A stretch of 64,000 nt of DNA from Ophelia neglecta (Eukaryota), in NCBI GenBank assembly GCA_965285935.1, contig OZ260665.1, positions 58,404,001-58,468,000 of the forward strand, in the 5' to 3' direction. The notes under the pieces are model-generated. The model had not been told where the DNA came from, did no database searches, and saw only the letters and a program-made list of their open reading frames with translations. Position numbers and translations under genes: made by a program. This document shows, in pieces, positions 37,374-51,900 of the stretch (its first letter is position 1; each line of letters begins with the position of its first letter).

Positions 37374-39979
37374 ATTACATTGATTGGCACTGGGCAAATC
37401 CTCCCAGCACTCTTTGACAAGAGGTCCCAAGTCGCCAACGACCTTGGGGAACCAGGAGAACGTTCTCCTTAGCAACCGAAGTTACTAGAAATATTCTGCG
37501 GCACCGAATTGTACATCTGTGACATCTGTGCGTTGGTTCTGCCGTCAGGTGTCTCCCAGTCCATACAACAATACCAGGGATAATGAATCGCTTCTGGGCA
37601 ACACGAGTTAAATGTCTAATGTGATAGCACAATTAAGCTGAGCATACAGGCATTGATCGTGGAGAGTTAGACATGTAAACACTAAAATTACCCCGACCAC
37701 ACCAAAGATATCCGATACTTCCCCAGAGTCCGGGTAGATGAAGCGGGCGAGAAAGACAAGATGGTTGTAAGAGTCCGCTGCAGAAGAACAGCACGTTTGA
37801 ACGAATGTTTTTTACAGAAAAACAGATCATGCTGGCGCTCTTTGATCAAATTAAAACACCGATAAAAGTATGAGACAAAAATGAAATTAAAAAGTGAAAT
37901 TCCACACTTGCTGCTAGTTTTATAGAACTCCAGTTATTTTTTTAGTGGTCATAATATCAAATATATATGCTTAGTGGGAAAACAACTGCTCATTGTCGGA
38001 CTACCCCCCCCCCCCCCCCTGCCTCAACACGCATCCTGTCCCAACCTCCTCGCCTTACCTCAAGACTTTTACTTTGAGGCCCTAAGCACCGATCCACCCT
38101 TAGTCTTAGCTTAACGAAGTTTTGAAGTGAGCATCATCATTAAATGTCAATTAGGTGGTAAGATCTTGTTTTGCTTTCAGTGGCACATATACGTCAATTC
38201 ATGTATAAATAAACGGAAAGTAAGTCAATGTCAAAAACATGTTTACTTCGGCTATTAACGACAGGAAGCCTGTTTTGTCCATTAATTTTAATAGGTTTTA
38301 TACACTCAGATGTCGAATACGTTGGATATTTCCGGAGCCTTTATCTCTTACAAAATTCATGGAACGCTTGTTACTTCTTTTCAAGCCATATGATCACATG
38401 AACACTATCATGGGAGATAAGCAAAATGTTCTGCGGCCAAATGGCTCTGACTCATATTCGGTTCGTTCACCACGTAACAATTGTCGCCGAAGCATGCCCT
38501 GGTGACTTCCGTTACGTACACTACATCGTGCGTGGATTAAGAACTAGGCCCTATTCAATGACCTTGCTCACAACGTAACAATCGTAGGACCGGGTGTCTC
38601 AACAGCTTATTGACACTTGACAGCAATTAAAATAATGCATAATCATTTCTTATACTGCAACGTTGCCATTTTCTACGTGTATAGAGGGTACCGACACAGT
38701 GGATGGATCCTAGTTACTAACGTGAGTGTAGTTATAGCCACAGGAAATCGGTGCAAAATATTCTGGATGGCTTGAATCGGAAATGTCAGAAGGAAATAGA
38801 ACAAGGAAATGAAACCTTGCTGATAAGCTTACTTTTTTAAACTGTTGATGGGTGATATATGAAGGAGGTCACTCCAACAATTATAAACTACCGTTTATAG
38901 AAATTGAACGCGTTTGAGGATTCAGGCCTCAAGTCAATGACTCGATGGAGAAGATGACGCATATATTAGGGTACATTAGGCCTATGTAACATAGGTTATT
39001 TTGACTATTTATAAGCCTCGTTGGAATTCCGTCAATCTCCCAAATCATTAACCATTACTTCCCGAGAAAATAGGAGATAATTAGCTCTTTTCCTGTTATT
39101 TAGATATAATACTGATAAATAGAAGTGTCCACATTGTATTATCTACGTCAAGAATGTTTTAAAGATGTTTTAGATATTTCGTTTTAAGTCGTTTCCGGGC
39201 TTAATACAGGTATATGTCATCTTTGACGATGATACACTTAAGTTAGCCTGTTAGTATTAAAGCTAGACCAAGTCCTACGACATTCCAATAACATCATTCT
39301 CATTTTCCTAGTATAGTTCCCTGGTTTCACATCAAAAAGCACTTAAACAAAGGAACAAGTAAATCTATATCTCTCTCGATCAATAGCGTCTTATGTTGCA
39401 TGAGAAGGGTGCAATTTTACAGTGATTAGGACATCATAAGAAAATCTCAGTATCTAAAATCGCTGATGGGGGTCGTAGAAGCGACGACACATGCAAGGGC
39501 GTTGGTATTAGACTAATACCACATGACATGGAAAAGCAATCACGTGTTTTGTGATATTTATGATATAACAAATGATTCCAAGCTGTTTCTTGCGTCCTTG
39601 CATAGCTGAAAGCCCCGATGACTTTGAAACACGTGGCGCTTTCCCATCGAGGAGTCTGCACGTCGCACGCACGTGCTCTATGGGAGGAAGTGGAACTCTC
39701 TACAGAATGAGTTACATTTATCGCATATTACTGTGGAAGAGAGACACCCATCATTGCCTGGAGGCGCTTCCGCCATATTTTGGAAATGCTGTCAAATGAC
39801 TCCCAATAATTGCACGGTCGGGAATTGGGACGGCTGGTTACCAAATAACTGACGTTCCATGGTCTGCCATTTAAGATTATTTTATTCCATTTATTCGACC
39901 AATATATAGCTGCCCACCGGTGTTAGCAAGAAGGCCCAACCGTTATTGAAATTTACCAGAGAAAGGTCGATGTATTAAT

Positions 39980-40260
39980 GAGTTACTATAACTAAACAAG
40001 AAAATTCTTTCAGATATGATATGCAATAACATGAAGTAAGAATTTATCAAAGGAAGAAGTATGCCAAAGTAGGGTCCATGGAACAGTACAAATCGAATGG
40101 TAGTGACCTATTTCAGAGCAATCGATGAACTGGTAGGCAGAAATGGATATACCCAATACCGAGAAAACGGAGGTCAAATATCCACAATATCATTTGTATA
40201 TGATGGATGCATACATTCGTTAAACAAATAGATTGACCAAACATGTCCATTTGCTAAATT
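39980..40260 (+). mobile_element. Possible highly decayed non-LTR RT fragment
   Basis: Broken translation SMPK*G ... IDELVGRNGY ... ISTISFVYD resembles the G.PQG ... FVDD region. Confidence 0.35.
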
Positions 40261-43200
40261 ATGCCTGAATCAGTTTTCATAAGATATTCGCTATGAAACG
40301 ATTGGAACTGAAATAATACCCCACACATAAACTTGACTCTAGAAAACTTAGCGTTATAGCTGAAGTATGATAGCTAGACGAATTCAATTAATGACTCGTA
40401 TAGCTCACTCTGATTCCTTTTTTCGCGCGTGAGTGACAGAGTAAGACAATCGTTCAAGTCTTTGTTGTTTCACCAATGATTAAATTTGAAAAAAGAATTG
40501 AAGTATTTTGTGAAGACAGATTTTAACAGAAGTAATAGCTATAATCTGTAGAAACCGTGTGAGCGTAGAAACAGATGTAAAACAGAATGCGGTAGAGGAA
40601 ATCAAGTAACATACACGGTCCATTCATACATTATGATCTTTTAAAACATGGCTTCCTCTCTCATTGATAGCAAATATCCGTAGAGTTTCTCAGTACTAGT
40701 GCGTTTTTGCTACATAAAGCGCATAACCTTTTTTTTCAATATTATATTAAAAGTGATAACTTAAATTTTCCTGTTCTAGCAAGCATTTGCAAGAAAATCG
40801 TATTTGAAATAACAGTTGCGTTTTGCTCGCTCGTATGAGCGCGAAACTCCCGCTCTTCAAGCCCCTTACAAGATAAAAAAAAGGCCTCGAAATTATACTG
40901 AAAAGATTCATGAAGATCACTTACCGGTATTAGTATATAAATCTCCGTTTTGAGCCGTGTTTCGGATATTTTCCCCGATTGGTAGGTGGACTTTTGCAAG
41001 GGAATGCGAAGAAGGCAGACGGCTTTGCTGGGGTCGAAGCGGTGTATAACGACGGAGGCACAGACCGCGCAGCTTCGCTAACTTTCTCAAAATTCAATAC
41101 CACCCTAGGCCATGAATATTAATTAGCAACCTCGATTTGATACCGCCGAATCACTGGCACACCATGATCTATTCGGCCATTTATTGATTGGAAAATAGAC
41201 TGAGCGCAGAAGTATGGCGTCAGTTCAACAAGGACTTCAAACTTTGTCTTGCCGTTGAGATTCCTGTTAAGATGGGTGTTAAACACGAAAACTGTAATAA
41301 AAAATGAGCTACACTCCTAGCAGCGGCAACCTTTATAACAGTGGGCTTAAAAGTGGCTAGCCTGCTGTGATCGCGTGCGACAGTTGACATTGGAGACAGG
41401 GAGATTGAGCACTATGGGCACTACGCTGCCTTTCAAAGGAAATATATATTCATACTTTGAGGATTTTTTTCTCATTTAATAACTAGGCCTGTTCAGTGCC
41501 ACATTTATCATGAAACTCGAAACAGAGAGTTGCATAAATAATTATCTGTTGTTGATTGAGTATTACGTAAGCTTAGATATTGTATTTCAAAATGAATGCC
41601 AATTGGGATGCGAACAAGACAGCACGTCCATCTCATAGTTCACACTACAGTGTTATTGCTTGTTTCTTCTTCTCTCCTATCAACTATATAGGCCTATAGT
41701 ACTCAACCTGACACTATCAACCAGATTGTTAAACAACGATTAGATCCGGAACTCATAGCCAATAAAAGACACTTACTTAACGCACTCAACTATGGTAACT
41801 GCGTGGTATTTCAAAGCCCTTGCGAACGTAGACCCGATGAATATGAATCCTATCCCGATAATGCATATATATGCTGCGCTTGTACATGTTATATATATGT
41901 TATACCCACTTATGTTCTTCGCAAGGGACGCAATTCTACCGAGCAATCCCAGTCTATTCCATATAGAGAAATGGGCTAATTCGGTGTTATGCCAGTTTCT
42001 TCACACAGTTCATAAGTGAGGACGAAACAATGGATACCCACCAGACACAGCAAAAATATATCACATATAGTCCATTAAATCGGTCAGACATTAACAAGTA
42101 CCAGCAGCCACATGCCCATGTACATCAATCCCCAGCACTCAAACAGCAAATAAATTTGTAAAGCAAAATAAAATAAAAAGAAATATAAAATTGTTATCCA
42201 TTGTAATTAGAAGTAGTAAAGAGTTTTCTAGGATACGTGTCGTAGCACAGAGAAAGTCAGTGACCAACATAGGAAAGGGATGAAATATGCCCAAGGTGAT
42301 GTTATGATGATCTAAGCATTCTCATAAGTTAAGAGACTTAAGATGAAAAACCACAGTAGACACAAGACCAAAGAGGGGTGTAAAAAGTCCCTCGATACTT
42401 TAGTATAGAGGAGAAAGGTATTAAATCTTTTGGACACTGCCATATAATGTTAACTTTGTAAAGTGAAGCAGTCACGCTTTTATCATGACTGTACACGTGC
42501 ATCCGCAACATACGATTTTATATCAGTATAAAGCAAATGCATATATTCCCTATCCCCAGGACGAGCGGAATAGATCACTAAAGACATTGCCCCTTTAAAT
42601 GTGCAGGTGGTCAAACAATGGCAACCAGAACCAACACACGAACACTCCAGAAGAGATTATAAACTAGATGCTATTTACCATAATGAGCCTCCTGCAACTA
42701 AGGTACATGAACATGCGTGGGATAGCTGCTAAATCCCAGCTGGCATAAATTAAGACGCCTTAAATATGACAATTGCATATTAATCCATTTGGACACTATG
42801 TTCTTAGCTACAACACCGATTAAAAGTACTAAGCATTTCATGTTTATTATGAATATAGTTAAAAGGAATCTTTATACAGAAGTCGAACAATATTTATCAA
42901 TCCAACAATAATTGAGGCTTTTGAGCTATGAACAAAAAACGAAGTGCTTTATATAACATAACTACATGTGAAGAAATAAAGTTTATGTGCAACTACTGTC
43001 GTGTCAAAAACTGAAGGCAAATCATATTGCTAATAATTATCTCCAGGATGAAGACAATAATATTGCCAGGAGAATAGAGAACCAAATGATGGCCACCATT
43101 TGACGGCACGCCCTCACAACGTAGTACCCAACAAGTCGATAAGATAAAAAATAACCTACTGTTATTCTTGGAGTATTGAAATACAATCATTTATGTAGTA

Positions 43201-45584
43201 TCATTGTGAAAATTATTCAATATTGTTGACATTAGCGCTACAACACAAGTGTCTGAACAAATATTTATCTAATAAACTCGCCATGTGTCCCTGGTGTTTG
43301 AAAACTTTTTCAGTGTGAAGTATATCATGATTATTTCTTGAGCACTTATTACTATTTTGTGACAGAACTTCATTGTACAGTTACACGATTAGTCGAGCCT
43401 GTCACGTGGCCCAGTAAGCAGTTAGAGCCCACGTGTGCAGTGTAAACTTGCCTAAAGCAGACAACTAGCACTAAGGCAAAAAAAGGTCAACAGTGCAAAT
43501 AGGAATTTATATGAGCTGCCATAATGGTTTCTGGAACGAGCGCCACCCCGTGGAGCAGCCACAGTTAGATTCAAATGCGGAGGCAGTCACTTTTCAGCTT
43601 ATTTCCGTATAATTATGAAGCACTAACGTTACCAGCCACTTAGCCAACCAGCGAATCTGTTTTACTGTATTCAGATTGAGAATATGTATCCTACACCTGC
43701 AAATACATGTTTATCGCCTTTTATTCTGGAACCCATGCAATGGCATGTGCTATGAGGGAATACTTGACATACTTGGTCTAATGAGCAATGTAATGTTTTT
43801 GTCCCGTTATAACTTCCTATCCCATAGTAAATAATTTATATTTAGGAGATGATTAACAAAAATTATTAAAAATTACGTAAAACTGTAATAAACAGGTGTT
43901 ATTTGTGATATTAATATACACCATTTAACTAGAAAGAAAATTAGAAATTGTGAGCACATAGGATAGGCCTATGTGACTCCGGCAGATGGTTACACCTAGT
44001 TATTATTTAAGTGTGGGTACTTTCTATCTTGATGGATATTTATAATCGTTTAATCTTTCTGTCATACAAAGTCTCCCATGTGCACTCATGGTGTATATAG
44101 GAGGTTTTGGCAGAACATTATTTTGAACCACGCAAGTAAGAGATTATACAAAAATAGTGTCACAACCTATAATTGGTATAACCTGAAGCTACTGTTTTCC
44201 TGAGAAGATGTTCAAATAAACAATGTAGAATTCTGTATCAAAAGCTCAAAGGCGCCTGTATATTAGTGGACAAAATGTTACGTCTTTGGACAGCTAACTT
44301 TTTTTGCAAGCCAATTAGCCTAGTCAAGCTAAATCAGAGGCTAACTTACTCAGTTGTGTACAGGCTCAATCATAGTTGGTAACTGTTGATGACCAGTTAA
44401 TACAGCAGTGGCATAACTTTTAGCAGGCTTACCGTTAGCTGTTTTTTCATGTCGTACGCCGTTAACATTGAATTAAAATCAATACCCTTTTATCCACAGT
44501 ACAGTGGGGTATAATCGATAATATTTTGATTGGCAAATAGAATTTATCATCGTTTATGGCCCACTCTTTGAAGATTTCAAAAGCCCTTTGTGTTTATTAC
44601 CAAGAGAGGGAGAGAGAAATGCCATTAAAACCGGCTGCATCACAATGAAATCCCCTCACATGTCATAGGTATTAAGTAGTTTCCTTTAGGTTTAAATTGC
44701 TGATTATGCCAAAATATTAAGTCCCATGCTTTTTATATGCTTATTGATAGAGATTTTAAGACTGTCTTCGAAAAGGATTCATATCGGCAATGCCACAGGT
44801 TATGGGCCACATCTAGACATATTTCAAGTTTTAAAAATTCCGATTCAGATGCAGAATTATTGTTCTGAGAGCATACTGTTGTCAACGTGCAATAACGGTT
44901 TTGCTATGCAGTCAACTACAGTGACAAAACGACCATTGGTCAAACTTCGGAGAAATTGATTTATCACGTGCTCAGCTCTGAAAGATTATATATCTAAAAT
45001 TGATCTGTGGTGAGCAAGCAGAGTGGTTCTGTGATGATATGTTCCTTTATGTAGAAGCCATTCTGCTGTGAAGGGTGACTTCGAATCTCTTATCGAATTT
45101 TATAGAACCTGCTGAGTTAGGCAGGCTTCTTGGAGTCATCGATTACAATGAGGCTTGCTCGTTATGGAGTCATGTATTACATGGCCAGTTAGAGAATATA
45201 TCAAACCGTCAATTTGTTTGCCAATCAAATGAAGGCAATCACGTCGTCTGTACTCGCGAACATCACAGAAGGACTCGGGCTGACGAAGCAAGATTGGACG
45301 AATTGTCTAACGAGGTGGAAGGATCTCTGTGTGAAAGGGCTGTAATGAGGCCGCGGCCATCTGATTACCTATCCGCTGTGTGAATCCGCCTAATAAACTA
45401 ATCCAGTTCCGTTTTAAAGAGGATTGTTGCCCATCTAAACCACCGTAACTGAACAATTCCTTCAGTTACACAATAAGCATATCTAAGCTGCTATAGCGGT
45501 TTCGATACAGGAAATTTCGGACAATCCCATCGATTTTCTCTTGACAGTACTAACAGACATTTTGATGAAGGAGAATGGCCGATT

Positions 45585-45900
45585 TTAGGGTTGAATGTCT
45601 TCTTTTTTATCGAGGGATTTGTATAAACGTTTTAATGAACACAAAAGCCAGCATGCGAGTTGTGATCGAAACGGAAGACTTTTTTTGAAACTTGACACAA
45701 TCGGAAACATCAAATCAAGGGTATTTTTGTTACCAACTTGAACCCCGCCATGCAAAGCAGAAAAAAACATCTCAATTTTGATGCTTTTCGTCGAGCCCCT
45801 CAGAATAAGTTGTCAATGCCAAATGGTACTGGAGTTGCAGACCCCATCTTAGTATCGATTGTCGTTGGAGAGGATTTCGCGAGTAAATGACCCATGGGCC
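45585..45900 (-). mobile_element. Possible decayed RTE-like RT fragment
   Basis: GGVQVGNKNTLDLMFP resembles GG(V/I).IGG..I..L.FADD; the catalytic DD is absent. Confidence 0.3.
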
Positions 45901-48900
45901 GACTTGGTAGTGATTTCCTTACCAAATATGGCTCAGACTATCTTTCCCGCCATGTCTGTCGTCTGTCATAGTTGACTTCGGATGACCTCAATCAATATTG
46001 TCGAAGTTGGTTTATTGAACATCGTAGCGGAGTTATCTTTACGAGTGGCCGCCGTTCTAATTGGCCGCGGTGGGCTGCTCTGACCCCAGGAGAGACACAA
46101 CGGAAGACGCTTATCATCAGCCCATCTGAGCGAATAATTCGGCAAAGAAATGAGTGAGCACTCGTGTATTTTAGATAACTCTTTTTTTGTTGCTACTGGG
46201 AGAATTGTCATGACCTGTGAGTTTTTCAGTTGTTTTTGTTCCTTTTACATGGAAGAGGAAGGACCACCGCTTCTTTCAAGCTATGCTCCTTGCCCGCTTT
46301 GTGAATTGATGGAAGCAACCATGTTTTATATCACTTTTTTAATTATGCTCTTCATTGCATTGCTTTCCAAGACGACAAGCTTGCAGTTTAAGTTTTTTAG
46401 AGGCGAAAAGAAGTTTCTGGTAATGCATGTATTCAGGTTGTGTATAGATACAATTGGACATTTTATATTACTTCTATCAGACAAGACAAGGCCTGTTTCA
46501 GTTGGTCTAGTAACGTGTTCGTTTTGTTTCACTTTGATGCGGTCCTTGAGCCTCCGAGTACAGCCGCTTTAACAGTGGCTCCACCGCCCATTGAGTCATC
46601 AGTAGATGGTCATTGAGATTACGTTGACTCTCTATAATATTCATCGCCACTCTCCTCCGCCAATTTACCACTCATTAACCGATACAAGGGAAGTGTAAAC
46701 CGGCTGTCAGCTCTTCTTCATTAAACTAACTCAATAGGAACAGCAGTGTGCAAACAGCGAGTGCGGGGCTCGTGTAGATCTGAGGGACATTTTGCCCATT
46801 TCCTTGTCTGTCTAGTCGACAACGCACTGGTTTGAGGGCCTCTTAAACGACTTAACAAAGTTACTGTAGCCACCATCTAGTCTGTCAAATAGGCTGATGT
46901 AATGAAGGTTTTCGACTCGTCACTGCTCTAGGTGACTGGGTTTGAGCATAAGAGTCCCAAAATGCTATCATTCGAGCAAATTTAGTCCAACCTTGACAGA
47001 AATATGTAACAAATGTCAGGGAGAAAGAGCATAACTAATGTCCATTAGTCATTACAAAGAAAGGACTGCATATTTTTCTAATAAGTTGCAAGAAAACTGA
47101 GTTTATATAATAATGGTTTTTATATTTTGGCTATCTTGCAGCCGCATTTAAATTAAAATGTTATAAGCGTTGTTTTTATTTTAGAGTTGTACGGAAATCA
47201 ATATGTTTGAGTTTCGGCTTCAAAATAACTATCGGCAAACTAATATCTTTCTCTGGCTTTCAAAACATGTAGATTACGACTGTCAAAATAATTCATTGCG
47301 GCTTACAGGCTATGTACCTAGAGTGGATTATTTGAATATACACACCAGGGAGGTGATAATCTTATTATTATCCGCTGGGCTTAGCTAGCGTGAGTTGGAG
47401 CATAACCGATTAATCCCAGCTAAGAGTCTGCCAATCGCGGTAAATATTTACAAGATCTAGCTGATTGCCAGGATTCAATTTCTCCGTTGCTCCGAGCCGG
47501 TGTTCAATACGACTTATTGAAAACGCGAACAATTAAGCTAGTGCTCGGACTTCAAATTAGCCCAATCGGCTCTTTGCCGGGTCGTCCGCCCGGAGAAGTC
47601 TTTGTGCGGGACTAGCGCGCTCGGCCAGCAAGAGTATTAGCCTTATTTCCTCGCCTGATCGATCGATTCAGGATGAAAGTGTAAGGCTAAATGGGCAATA
47701 GAATGTAGTACACGGAACAACTGATTGAGATCAGGACGGGCGAGAATATCAACATCCTGCGGCGCTGCCGAGTCCTTAACGCTAGGCTAGAGGCCACACA
47801 ACATAGAGACCATAGAACTAACGAGCGGCCATGCCAATAGAAGGTCGCTTTCCTCAATTGACCGAGATGGGAAAGGAAAATACTTCAATGTTCTAACAGG
47901 GCTAATGGCGTAGGCCATAAACGTCCTACCAATTTCCCTTGTTAATAGACCAACAAGAAACTTCTGGCAACTGAATTAATTGCTTGCTTCTTATCTAATT
48001 TTGAGAAATTGAGATCAGACTTTCAGGGCATATTATTAAACTGAACAAGGAAACAAGCAGACTAAGATTTGACAAAATAAAATCAGGTTTTTATGTCAAA
48101 ATTTTCGGCAACATTTATCCAATTTTATGTCCAAAACATCTCTGCCATACTCATATTATTATAATAACCCTCGACCGAACTCTTGTCCTCGTCTGGCAGT
48201 GTCTAGATTTCCGGTTCCTGCTCCCGTCCCTGCCAGTAGCTGGGACAACCAATCAGTCAACTTGTTAGGAAGTTAGGTCGGCGACAACTCGACCGTGATG
48301 GTGTTTTATTTAATCATAGCCTTGCCCTACGGCCAACTCAGTTGAGAGCCCGATGCTCCCTCAAACTCATCGGCAGTACCCGACTGGAAATACTAATCAC
48401 ACTCAATTGTGTTGGCTTTGGCAGGACAGCTTTCTTCTTATGCAGAGTAGAAGCAAGTATACAGATGGCGTGAAATATTAACGGCAAAGAGTGATTCATC
48501 CATACAGGATAGCCTTTTTTATAAGACCGGATAATTTATCTGACATCACATCAGTTGCCAATATGTGTGTTTTTCCTTATCTAGTGCCTTTTAAATAGCT
48601 TCGTATGTTTTGCACTAGATAAAATATTCATGATAAACTAAAGAGCGTTGCATACACTGACGACCCCTTAATATTTGCTTCTTAATCATATATATCGTAT
48701 GTGCCAAGCGATGTTCTTCGACGATAATTAGGAAATAATAAGAAAAATTTAAAACATTAAATAAGATCGAAAAAATATATGGATATTTAATTTGTTTGGT
48801 TCCACTTGGGGATTCATGTCTCGAGATCGCAATAACTTTTATCTTTCTCCCCCGGAAAACTACCAAGAGATGAGTTTTGTTGTCGACTGGCCGGCGAAAC

Positions 48901-51900
48901 AAACAAGATCATTGTCAAAGATAACACCCAATAAATAAAAGTATACAGAGGCCTGGAGAACTGTTAAGTAATTGATCAGAGACTCACAAGATGGCGGCAG
49001 CTGCATACTTACACCTCCTCCATTCCATGGAACAAAACCGGGCTACATATGTACTAGACAAGGTCTACTCTAAACGGTGTAAGTGCCGAAGGACGAATGA
49101 TGAAGGGCACACCATTTGATACATGTTAACTTGTACTGCTCTTGAAGGGCATTGACGAGTAAATAGCGTGCTGTGACATAATTTCAAATTTGATGAATTA
49201 CATGTTTTTCAAGTCCTCCTTTCCTTCCCCTCAACTTGATCTGCATCCCTTGGCACCACAAGGTTCTGCCATGAAAACACGAACGACTTATACGGAATGT
49301 GATTAGGGTAATATAATTTTTCCTATTTACCGGCTGCACTCTTGGTTCGCTTTACTACAAACAAAGTACCATACCACCACCTATTTGTCTTGCTTTGTTG
49401 TTGGGTTGTAATAGTAATGTAGTTAAATTTAGCGGCGATGGCAGTAAGTTACTTTGGCACTCTGATGGGACTGCAGGGCCAGAACACAGTGGGCTAATGT
49501 ACACCATCATTCATTCACACCCAAGAAAAATGTGACAGAGGCATTAGTGTTCAGACGAATTTTACTTCAAAGATCTTTAATCTAGTTGTTTGAAAACTTT
49601 GGTGCGTATTATGTAGCTAGCTCTTATATAGCAGGTATACCAAGTAATAGCAATAAACTTGACTTGACTAAATAAAGAGAACACTTGGAGTCATCTAGAA
49701 ACTCGGGCTATTTTCGCTTTAGGCAGCGTCTCGAGTTTTAATCGGAGGAACTCAATTTCGTCATGAGGCATCCGCGTGTTGTTAATATCAAATTACTCAG
49801 CACTGATCTATTGTCTTGGTATGTGTCTGGCAATTCTGGCCTCGACTCTTTCAAATTCCGTGTGCATGGAGAGTTATAAATATCGCCTTTTTCTGATCGG
49901 GAACATCCTTAGCCTAATGAATAAATACCCCAGCAATATACCGCTTTTGGAGAGGTTTTCCTCGATTTTATCAAGGGAATTACTCGAAACCAAGTGCTTG
50001 ACAAATCAATGATGTTCGTCGACTCTATCCAAATAAAATCATTATAGTCGCTATTTGAATGGAAATAGATGATTAGAAGTGCAAATTTGTCTTCTCCAAG
50101 ACAACCTGCAGGAGGATATTAGCAGACACGACACAGCCAACTCATTAGAATGCAATGTACGAAAGAAACCCTTCTTCACAAGGTCAACCGAGCTTGGATA
50201 AAGGCGGCGGAAATCAGCCACTGGCTTTTGCTACTGCTCAACAATTTGGGAAAGATTAAACGAGACTTGCCAAATCATATCCCGCGGACAATTTATATCT
50301 TTGGTTGTATTTGTATGGAAGATGCTTTGAGATGAGAATGCCGTATTTCTTTCTTGTGATCTAAACAATAATCTGATTCTGTGTATGATTACACATGAAA
50401 ATTAAGATTTACATAAAAAGAAATATCTTTCACAGTGGGGGAGAGGCGGGGTCGTTGATGGCTCTATCGATTTGACAGAAGGCCAGAAGCATTAAAGAGA
50501 CAATGTATCAAGTTATTACGACAAGTTAAATTTATTGAGCTTTATGGGTTGTGTCTTAACTTGTGTGTAATAATACCTATTCTAGAGTTCGCCTCAGTAT
50601 CAATAATAAATGATCCCCTTAGCAGCGAGCCACTGCAACAGATATGTGGTTATTGATGGAAACAGCGTCCTTAGAGAGCCACTACTTTCCAGAGACAAAG
50701 AGGCAATGGATGCTGCTTTCCAATTTAGAGGCTGTGACCAATATCTGCAGCGTTTCGACAGTCCCTTCGAGGTTATCTCAATCATTTGCATGGAGAAGAA
50801 AAAAGAATAGCTGAGTGGATAACACGCTAGATTCACAACGCTAAACCCTGGAGAAAAAAAAAACCCTCTATATGACATGGCCTCAGATGGAAAAGAGAGG
50901 TCAAAGTCAGTAATTTAATGCAGTTCTTCAACTCCATTGATTTGTCTAACAAAACTGCCAATGGGCTATGAAGTCGGTACATATTAGCCAGTCCAGAAAC
51001 TGTAAGCAGATCCAAAGATGAGGCATTTGCCAGGATTCCAAGTAAATTTGAGCTTAAGAGTGGCGGACTTTACATGACGTGCTAGTCATGAGGACTTGAC
51101 GGAGGCGGAAACGACATGACGGCGGGCAACTAGATACGCCAACTCCTCTGCTTACTTCCGGTCGCCTGTGAAATGCTCTTCCGAAACACTCAGGTTTCGT
51201 AAGGAACTACATTTAAATACATCCCCAGTCTCAAAAGCCTGCGAAATCAGGCAAATGCTACAGTTTGGCTTGAATTATCAGCCAAGCTTCATGTTTAATA
51301 TCGCTGTGTAGGCTGTACGCATCTGAGATTTGATGGCTGGTTACAGAGCGTATATGTCATACATTCACATGTTTATGACCCGTTAAAGTTGGACATTCTT
51401 ATTGCACTGCCTTGCCCAATCCTTTTGCTAAGAATCTAAAGACGGTCATTCCCGATTGAAATTTGTGAGAGTGGACAATTCTAACTTCGCTTTGTAGCCA
51501 TTGTTGCTACTAATAGCTCCCTCGATGAGCTTAAAATGGTATAGTGATGTTTAAGATTGTTTCTTAGCAGTCCAACTAGGCTCGACTAACAAGATTTCCC
51601 CCGAGCACTCACACCTCAAGCGACAAGTGCGAGCCAATACAACAGTTTAGAATTCAATTACCGCACACTCAAACTGGGTAATTGAGAATATGTGGAACCG
51701 AGGGTGCCGCCATCAAGCCCATCTTCCCCAATCATGGCCGTTGACTTACTGCCGTCCTGGTGTAATAGAAATGTAATGGCTGCTGATTACGGTTCCATAT
51801 TTATAGGCTGAGCACGGCTTAGTCAGTCTCGGTCACCATGGATTTACGGCTGCTGTCTTAAGTGTCCAACGTCATAGATCAAAGGTCAACCTCTCCAGCG

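Noticed and set aside
37471-37487. RFX X-box-like GTTCTCCTTAGCAAC
   Set aside because: A single imperfect motif far from any candidate TSS; not distinguishable from chance.
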